A stretch of 64,000 bases of DNA from the NCBI GenBank assembly GCA_965249725.1, contig CBDFMQ010000002.1, positions 96,001 to 160,000 on the forward strand. Reading direction: 5' to 3'. Each line of letters opens with the position of its first letter. The stretch's first letter is position 1. The position numbers and the translations under genes are program-made. This stretch comes from Longimicrobiales bacterium (GTDB lineage: Bacteria > Gemmatimonadota > Gemmatimonadetes > Longimicrobiales > Gaopeijiaceae). The notes under the pieces were generated by a model. It was given only the letters and a program-made list of their open reading frames with translations, made no database searches and had not been told where the DNA came from. Shown here piece by piece: positions 57,837 to 64,000 of the stretch.

Positions 57837-60029
57837 ATGCAAAAGCGCCTAGCGCTACTTACAGCCCTATCGGCGTGCGCGGTGGCGTTCCCACGGGGTC
57901 CGCTCGTCGCACAAGGGTCCGGCACAGCTCCCGTCGAATCCGACTGCCTCGCCTCGTGCCTGTCCTTTCGGGCGGTGAGAATCGACACGCCCCCCGAGAT
58001 CGACGGCGCTATCGATGAGGCCTTCTGGGACGACATCGAGCCGATCACGGACTTCAAGCAATGGGTCCCGGTGGACGGGGGAGAGCCGACGGAGCGTACC
58101 GAAGTGCGGATCGCCTACGATCGGGACAATCTCTACTTCGGCTTCAAGCTCTTCGACTCCGAGCCCGACAAGATCATCGCCACGGTGCTGGAACGGGAAG
58201 GAAAGCTCCCGTACAACGACCGTGTGGCCATCGGTCTCGACACCTTCAACGACGATCGGAACGGGTACATCTTCTCCATGAACCCTCTCGGGACCCAGGA
58301 GGACGGTACGTTCACGGACGAGGGAGCGGTGTCCTGGGTGTGGGAGAGCGTCTACCACAGCGAGGGGCGGATTACATCAGACGGGTGGGAGTTGGAAGTC
58401 GCTCTTCCGTTCACCACCATCCGTTTTCCCGACACTGAGTCGGTGACCATGGGGCTCGTGCTGTATCGCCGGATCAGGCGCAAGAACGAAGACGTGTTTT
58501 GGCCGCACATGCCGAAGCGATTCCGGGCCGGTGTCTCTCAGGCCTCCCAGTACGCGGATCTGGCGGGGTTGGAGGATATGCGCCGAGGCCGGAACCTCGA
58601 GTTCAAGCCCTTCGCGATCGCCGGCGCTCAGAAAACGGCGGCGGAGCCGGAGACCGACGTCCTCAGGGACTTCGGCTTGGACCTGAAGTATTCCGTCACG
58701 TCGAACCTCACGCTTGACCTCACGGCCAACACCGACTTCGCACAGGCGGAGGCGGACAATGCCCAGGTCAACTTGACCCGGTTCAGCTTGTTCTTTCCCG
58801 AAAAACGGGAGTTCTTCTTGGAGCGCGCGGGGCTGTTCAACTTCGGTGAGCGGCGGGAGACGGAGGCGTTCTTCAGCCGCCGCATCGGAATCGACAACGA
58901 TATCCTGGGCGGTGGACGTCTGACGGGTCAGGCCGGGCCGTTCTCCATCGGGCTGCTCAACCTACAGACTCGTGACGGGGACGGGGGCGCGATCGCCGGC
59001 GCCAATAACGCCGTGGCCCGGATCCGGGTGGACGTGCTGCCGCGGACCACCATCGGCGGAATCTTCACGAATCTCGAGAACGGCGACGGGTACAACCGCG
59101 TGTGGGGTGGCGATGTCGCCCTCCGATTCTGGAACTCAAGCTCGCTGACCGCGTGGGGAGCCAACGTTTCGGACTCGGACGACCTGCCCGGGAGTACGTT
59201 CGCGGGGGCCGCAGCCCTGACCGTGGCCAACGATCTCTGGCAGGTGGGGGCGGATGTTCAGGATATCGGCGAGGGTTATCAGCCGGCCCTGGGCCTCGTT
59301 CGCCGGGGGAACATGGTCAAGTACGGCGGTAGTCTGGGCTTTACGCCGCGCTTCGAGTCGAGCACTTGGGCACGCCAGCTCGACCTGACCTCGTCGGGTT
59401 TCTACATCGAGGGTCAGGACGGGGTGGAGCAGACGACCGAGGCCAAGCTCGCCGCCAAGATGATGCTGGAGTCGGAAGAGCACCTCACACTCCAGGGCAT
59501 CCGGACGACCGAAGTGCTGGATGTGCCTTTTCACATCCGGTCGGACGTAGAGATCCCGGTGGGACGCTACGAGTTCAACCAGTTCAGTGCGGTCTTCGGC
59601 ACCAATCGCGGCCGTTCCGTCTTCGGGACCCTCACGGTCTCCACGGGGAGCTTCTTCAACGGCAACCGCACGCAGTTCAAGGGAGACGTCCGTTGGAGCA
59701 CGGGAAAGCACTTGGTGCTCATCGCGAGTGCGGACAGGAACAAGATCTCGCTTCCGGTCGAGAATGGCGACTTCACGACCACGGTGCTGGGGCTGACACC
59801 GGAGATCGCGATCAGCCGGAAACTGTTCGCCAACGGGCTCATTCAGTACGACACCGACTCGAAGACGCTCGCGACGAACTTTCGGATCGACTGGATCCAC
59901 ACGCCGGGCAGCGACCTGTTCCTGGTGTTGAACACCGGGTACTTGATCGGCGACCAGTTCGATCCGAACGAGACCCGGTGGGACTACCGGACGGGGGTCG
60001 TGAAGCTCACGTACCTGAAGACGCTTTAG
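57837..60029 (+). CDS. DUF5916 / CBM9-like outer-membrane protein
   Basis: PEIDGAIDE..W, NTDFAQAEAD, FFPEKREFFLE, FFSRRIG; paralogue of 34829..37468. Confidence 0.85.
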   Translation: MQKRLALLTALSACAVAFPRGPLVAQGSGTAPVESDCLASCLSFRAVRIDTPPEIDGAIDEAFWDDIEPITDFKQWVPVDGGEPTERTEVRIAYDRDNLYFGFKLFDSEPDKIIATVLEREGKLPYNDRVAIGLDTFNDDRNGYIFSMNPLGTQEDGTFTDEGAVSWVWESVYHSEGRITSDGWELEVALPFTTIRFPDTESVTMGLVLYRRIRRKNEDVFWPHMPKRFRAGVSQASQYADLAGLEDMRRGRNLEFKPFAIAGAQKTAAEPETDVLRDFGLDLKYSVTSNLTLDLTANTDFAQAEADNAQVNLTRFSLFFPEKREFFLERAGLFNFGERRETEAFFSRRIGIDNDILGGGRLTGQAGPFSIGLLNLQTRDGDGGAIAGANNAVARIRVDVLPRTTIGGIFTNLENGDGYNRVWGGDVALRFWNSSSLTAWGANVSDSDDLPGSTFAGAAALTVANDLWQVGADVQDIGEGYQPALGLVRRGNMVKYGGSLGFTPRFESSTWARQLDLTSSGFYIEGQDGVEQTTEAKLAAKMMLESEEHLTLQGIRTTEVLDVPFHIRSDVEIPVGRYEFNQFSAVFGTNRGRSVFGTLTVSTGSFFNGNRTQFKGDVRWSTGKHLVLIASADRNKISLPVENGDFTTTVLGLTPEIAISRKLFANGLIQYDTDSKTLATNFRIDWIHTPGSDLFLVLNTGYLIGDQFDPNETRWDYRTGVVKLTYLKTL

Positions 60030-60133
60030 AGCGGAGGCCTCCTTGGGAGCATCAATCGGGGCCTCACGTGCTCTCCGAATGCTCGTCCTGGGCGGCACCG
60101 GATTCGGGCTGGCTTACCCGACCGGTCGACCCC

Positions 60134-60520
60134 TCAGATATCCCATCCCGCCCGCGCCAGCATCCAGAGATTGATCAACACCACGACGATGGCCGTGATG
60201 TAGAACGCAGGGGGTGTCACGGCGGCCGGGGCAGCGAAGAACGCACCCCGCACCAGGCTCGGCAGGCGAAGTCCGTGCATCGCCCAGACGACTCGGGCGA
60301 ACCACACGTTCTGCCACCGGTACAGGCCCACGAAGATGAAGGCGGTCACCAGCGCCCCTGCGCCGAGCCAAAGCCAAGGCGACCCGAATCGCTCCGGCAG
60401 TAGGCCGGACGAGAGCATTCCGTAGGCGGCCGATTCGTAGAGGATGGCGACGTGCAGGTACACGAAGCCGGCCTGTCGGAACTTCAGCGCACGTGGTGCG
60501 GGCCACTCTTGTTTCAGCAC
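60134..60520 (-). CDS. Hypothetical membrane protein
   Basis: GTG start with AAGGAG RBS; four hydrophobic segments; ends LARAGWDI. Confidence 0.7.
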   Translation of the reverse strand: MLKQEWPAPRALKFRQAGFVYLHVAILYESAAYGMLSSGLLPERFGSPWLWLGAGALVTAFIFVGLYRWQNVWFARVVWAMHGLRLPSLVRGAFFAAPAAVTPPAFYITAIVVVLINLWMLARAGWDI

Positions 60521-60668
60521 GATCTCTCCTTGTTTGAGGCAACCATCCACCGGTGGGTTGCTCCCCGCAAGAGGCGGCGGCGGCGATCGAGCTACTCGTG
60601 CCCATCACGCTGGCTTGTGGGCGAGCGCCGGCCCGTCTCATGTTACGGACATGGCCCGTCTTAGAAAC

Positions 60669-61580
60669 ATGGTCCGTCCCATCCGCGATCTTTCGGCTGC
60701 GTTGCTCCTGACGCTCTTGCCGTTCACGCCGGCGTTCGCGCAGGAGGTCCTGAGCGTCGACGACGTGGTCGCGATGGAGTCGCCGGCCCCCCAGCTGCGG
60801 CTCCCCTACGGCGATCATCCGCTTCAGTTCGGGCATCTCCGTCTTCCCGAAGGAGACGGGCCACATCCAACGATCATCTTCATCCACGGCGGGTGTTGGC
60901 TCAGCGTCTACGAAATCGGGCACGTCGGTCTAATGGAGGAAGCGGTCGCTGCGGCTGGATACGCAGTGTGGAGCCTCGAGTATCGTCGCGTAGGCGATGA
61001 GGGAGGTGGTTGGCCCGGGACGTTTCTCGATATCGCCCAGGGCGTGGATGCACTAGCCGACCTCGCGATCGAACATTCGCTCGATCTGAATCGGGTGATC
61101 GCGAGCGGACACTCGGCCGGTGGGCAGCTCGCGTTGTGGGCGGCCGCCCGGCCGCAGATTCCACGATCGAGTGAACTGTACTCCGCCCGTCCCTTGCCCA
61201 TCCACGGCGTACTCGCCCTCGCACCGGCCGCCGATCTGGAGACCCTCCAGTCGAGGTCCTCGCGCGGAGGAGTGGTGGACGGCCTCATGGGTGGGTCACC
61301 GGAGGCGGTGCCCGAGCGCTACGATGCGGCGTCTCCAATGAGACTGACGGCGGCCGAAGTGCCGCAGCGCATCGTGATCGGCGCCCTCGACCGAGCCTGG
61401 GCACCGGGCGGACGCGCCTACTTTCAACGGGCGAGCGCTATGGACGGTGCGAGGGTCGTGCTCACAGAGGCTCCGGAGTCCGGGCACTTCGAGATGGTCG
61501 TCCCCGCGACCTCGACCTGGCCGTTGGTCCTACAGGAGCTCGAAGCGCTTTCATCTGAGATCTCGCGACAGGGAGGTTGA
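60669..61580 (+). CDS. Secreted alpha/beta hydrolase (esterase/lipase)
   Basis: IHGGCW, EYRR.G..GGGWP, GHSAGG, GHFE. Confidence 0.88.
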   Translation: MVRPIRDLSAALLLTLLPFTPAFAQEVLSVDDVVAMESPAPQLRLPYGDHPLQFGHLRLPEGDGPHPTIIFIHGGCWLSVYEIGHVGLMEEAVAAAGYAVWSLEYRRVGDEGGGWPGTFLDIAQGVDALADLAIEHSLDLNRVIASGHSAGGQLALWAAARPQIPRSSELYSARPLPIHGVLALAPAADLETLQSRSSRGGVVDGLMGGSPEAVPERYDAASPMRLTAAEVPQRIVIGALDRAWAPGGRAYFQRASAMDGARVVLTEAPESGHFEMVVPATSTWPLVLQELEALSSEISRQGG

Positions 61581-61583
61581 GAC

Positions 61584-61988
61584 ATGGGCCGTAGATATGC
61601 GCTCCCCGCCGGTCCGATCTTCGCGACCCGTCCGATGCTCGCCGCTCCTCTGATACTCGCCGCGACCTTGACACTGGGTGCTTGCGCCTCGGCGACGCCG
61701 TCGGGGGGGAGCTACGCGAGGGACCGCATTACTCGTGAGGATATTGCTGCCACACTCGCTCTGAACGCATATGACGCCGTCCGGTTACTGAGGCGGAGGT
61801 GGCTCGCCGACAACGTGACGATCTATGAAAACGGCTCGCTCGTGAACCAAGGAACATCCAGCTTCCTCCGCATGCTGCGGATCGAGACCGTCGTGGAGAT
61901 TCGTTACGTCGACCACGAGGTCGCCAGGACCGTCTACGGGTACAATGTGGGTGGCGCAGTCCTGGAGGTGGATACGGTAATCCCCTAG
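61584..61988 (+). CDS. Small lipoprotein resembling a stand-alone plug domain
   Basis: LGAC lipobox; ITREDI..NAYDAVRLLR..W..EIRYV..A..YG..GAVLEV; paralogue of 6897..7283. Confidence 0.7.
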   Translation: MGRRYALPAGPIFATRPMLAAPLILAATLTLGACASATPSGGSYARDRITREDIAATLALNAYDAVRLLRRRWLADNVTIYENGSLVNQGTSSFLRMLRIETVVEIRYVDHEVARTVYGYNVGGAVLEVDTVIP

Positions 61989-62086
61989 TCCGCCCGGGTG
62001 TGGAGGCGGCGGGCACAGACTGCTAGAGCTTGACGGGGATCGCCCACCCGACGTATCGATTCAGTACCCCGGGCAGGAGCAGCACT

Positions 62087-62614
62087 ATGACCAGTCAGAC
62101 CGAACTCCTATCTCCCCACCGCACGGCAGGCGCACTGCTGTTGATCATTGCGCTGAGCTCTGCAGCGTGCAGCGACGGCACGTCTCCCCATGGCACTGCA
62201 CCGGACCACGTACCGGTAGTAGGTCCCCTGACGCTCGAGATCCTCGCCCCGGACTCCAGTGTTACCGAGAAGGTGCTGTTTCCCGACTTGACCTATAGCT
62301 ACGTCTGCACATTGAGCCTGCTGGCTAGGCTGTCGGGTGGGGACCTCGACAGTGAGATCTCCTGGCAGAGTGCCGACGTGGAGTGGCACTGGCTCTCGGA
62401 CAACCGGTTCAGGAACGCAACCGTATGGCCGATGCAGCAGCTAGAGATCTTCTGGGGATCGGACAGGCTCGGGACGGGACAGGCTCGCGAGTCGCTCGCT
62501 TGGCAGTTCATCGGCACGCAGCCGTACAGGCTCGATTTCGCTTTCCACTATCTGATTCAGGGTGACGACAGCCTGAGGACGCACGCTACAGCAGTTCGCT
62601 GCGTGGGGCCCTGA
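62087..62614 (+). CDS. Hypothetical lipoprotein
   Basis: AGGAG RBS, SAAC lipobox; no recognised domain. Confidence 0.6.
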   Translation: MTSQTELLSPHRTAGALLLIIALSSAACSDGTSPHGTAPDHVPVVGPLTLEILAPDSSVTEKVLFPDLTYSYVCTLSLLARLSGGDLDSEISWQSADVEWHWLSDNRFRNATVWPMQQLEIFWGSDRLGTGQARESLAWQFIGTQPYRLDFAFHYLIQGDDSLRTHATAVRCVGP

Positions 62615-62687
62615 GGGGTGCTATTGCGCCGCCGGTCCCCGTGGGCGGCCGAAGATGTCAGAGGGGATGTCGGAGTCGTAGAGGGTC

Positions 62688-64000
62688 CTAGATTTCGCGT
62701 GGCCGCCGGTTCGCCGGTTGCCCGCTCCCGGGTTGCCCGACGACCCGGCCGTCTTCGTAGACCACTTCGCCTCGTCGAATCGTAATCACCGGCCATCCGG
62801 TGACAGTCCAGCCCTCGAAGGGTGTATAGTCCGACCGCGAGGGATCGTCGTCCGCGCTGGCGATCCGTTCGAGCGTCGGATCCAGCACCACGACATCGGC
62901 GACCGAACCCTCTCTCACCACTCCCCGCTCGGGGTAGAGCCCGAACGTCTTGGCCGCGGCGGTCGATGTCACCTCGACGAAGCGCCGCTCCGATATCCGT
63001 CCCTTGTTGACACCCTCGGAGAAAAGCAGGGGCAGCATGAAACGCAGATCACTGACGCCCGGACGGAGTCGGCCGACGTCCAGCTCGGGATCCATCTTCT
63101 GTGCGCGGGTCCACGGAGCGTGGTCCGTAGCGAGGAAGTCGATCCGCCGGTCCACGAGTCCGTCCCACATTGCGTCTACGTCCGAGGCGGAGCGAAGGGG
63201 CGGCTGACCGACGTAGAGCGGACCGTCGTCGCCCAGGAACCGCTCCTCGTTGAAGTAGAGGTAGAGGGGTCGGGTTTCGATGGTGAGGGGTAAGCCTCGT
63301 GAGCGGGGTGTGCGTGCAGCGTCGAGGGCACCCTGTGACGAGAGGTGCACGAAGTGCATGGGCGCCCGGGTGAACTCGCAGAGCGCCACCGCGTCTTGAG
63401 TGGCTGCGACTTCGGCGATCACGGGCCTGCTCTCCGCGAAGTGGCGGAGCGATGTACGCCCTTCGGCCCGGAGGCCCTCGAGTACGGCGCTCAGCATCGC
63501 GCCGTCCTCGCAGTGCATGAGTGTGACGACTCCGGCGTCGCGAGCAGCTCCCAGCAGCTCGATGAGTGCGCTCCGGCTCGTTCCGAAATCCCGACGCGTC
63601 ATGAAGATCTTGTGGCTCGGCTGCCCCATCGCCGCCAGCTCCGGCATCAACGCGGCGAATTCAGGTGTCGGTGGCCAGGTTGAGGCATGGAAGAACACGT
63701 CACCAATGGCACTCCGGCCGACCTCCGCCAACCAACGGTCCATCGCCTGAACCGCGTTCTCGCCCTCCTCGGGATAGGCGAACGTGCCCACGGTCGTGAT
63801 GCCGCCGGCCACGGCCGCCGCCGTGCCGGTCGTGAGGTCGTCGACGAAAGACCCCTGCAAATGCGTGTGAGGATCGATGCCGCCCGGGATCACGAGGTGG
63901 CCCGTCGCCTCGATGATCCGGGCAGTGGGGCCCGCTCTCAGGCCGGACCCGATCTCGGCAACGGTATCTCCGACGATGCGCACGTCGGCGGCCTGGCTGG
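62688..64000 (-). CDS. Dihydropyrimidinase/hydantoinase-like cyclic amidohydrolase (5' end outside the window)
   Basis: PGGIDPHTH, AGGITT, HKIFM, MHCED, VHLS, PPLR, ATDHAP, GLYP.RG. Confidence 0.88.
   Translation of the reverse strand, partial: SQAADVRIVGDTVAEIGSGLRAGPTARIIEATGHLVIPGGIDPHTHLQGSFVDDLTTGTAAAVAGGITTVGTFAYPEEGENAVQAMDRWLAEVGRSAIGDVFFHASTWPPTPEFAALMPELAAMGQPSHKIFMTRRDFGTSRSALIELLGAARDAGVVTLMHCEDGAMLSAVLEGLRAEGRTSLRHFAESRPVIAEVAATQDAVALCEFTRAPMHFVHLSSQGALDAARTPRSRGLPLTIETRPLYLYFNEERFLGDDGPLYVGQPPLRSASDVDAMWDGLVDRRIDFLATDHAPWTRAQKMDPELDVGRLRPGVSDLRFMLPLLFSEGVNKGRISERRFVEVTSTAAAKTFGLYPERGVVREGSVADVVVLDPTLERIASADDDPSRSDYTPFEGWTVTGWPVITIRRGEVVYEDGRVVGQPGSGQPANRRPREI

Overview
GC-rich bacterial DNA. 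Gene content suggests Gemmatimonadota (inference): ADOP-type ABC permease, Ser/Thr kinase-TolB propeller fusion, SusC/SusD pair, DUF5916 proteins and many exported hydrolases. The window mostly encodes outer-membrane uptake (SusCD, BtuB under a cobalamin riboswitch, TonB, beta-barrels) and secreted peptidases/amidohydrolases. Highlights: (1) a co-oriented redox cluster (40.3-45.8 kb) with a His-rich LVIVD propeller, a multicopper-oxidase homologue that keeps the type-1 Cu ligands but has lost three trinuclear-cluster histidines, an amidohydrolase and a DsbA-family protein with an in-frame TGA in its U-P-W-C motif plus a SECIS-like hairpin, with dsbB divergent upstream; (2) an attP-like site at 7.66-7.91 kb (tRNA-Ala 3' half with direct repeats on both sides and an IHF-like box) inside a mosaic of gene fragments; (3) a plsC / Tam41-like nucleotidyltransferase / CDP-alcohol phosphatidyltransferase cassette preceded by a 27-copy 13-bp minisatellite; (4) several lesions (233-bp tandem duplication, nonsense codon, internal deletion, two CCC>CC frameshifts) that may be biological or assembly errors. 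No integrase, transposase, CRISPR array, rRNA or intact tRNA was seen. All product calls come from motif recognition by eye, not from database searches.
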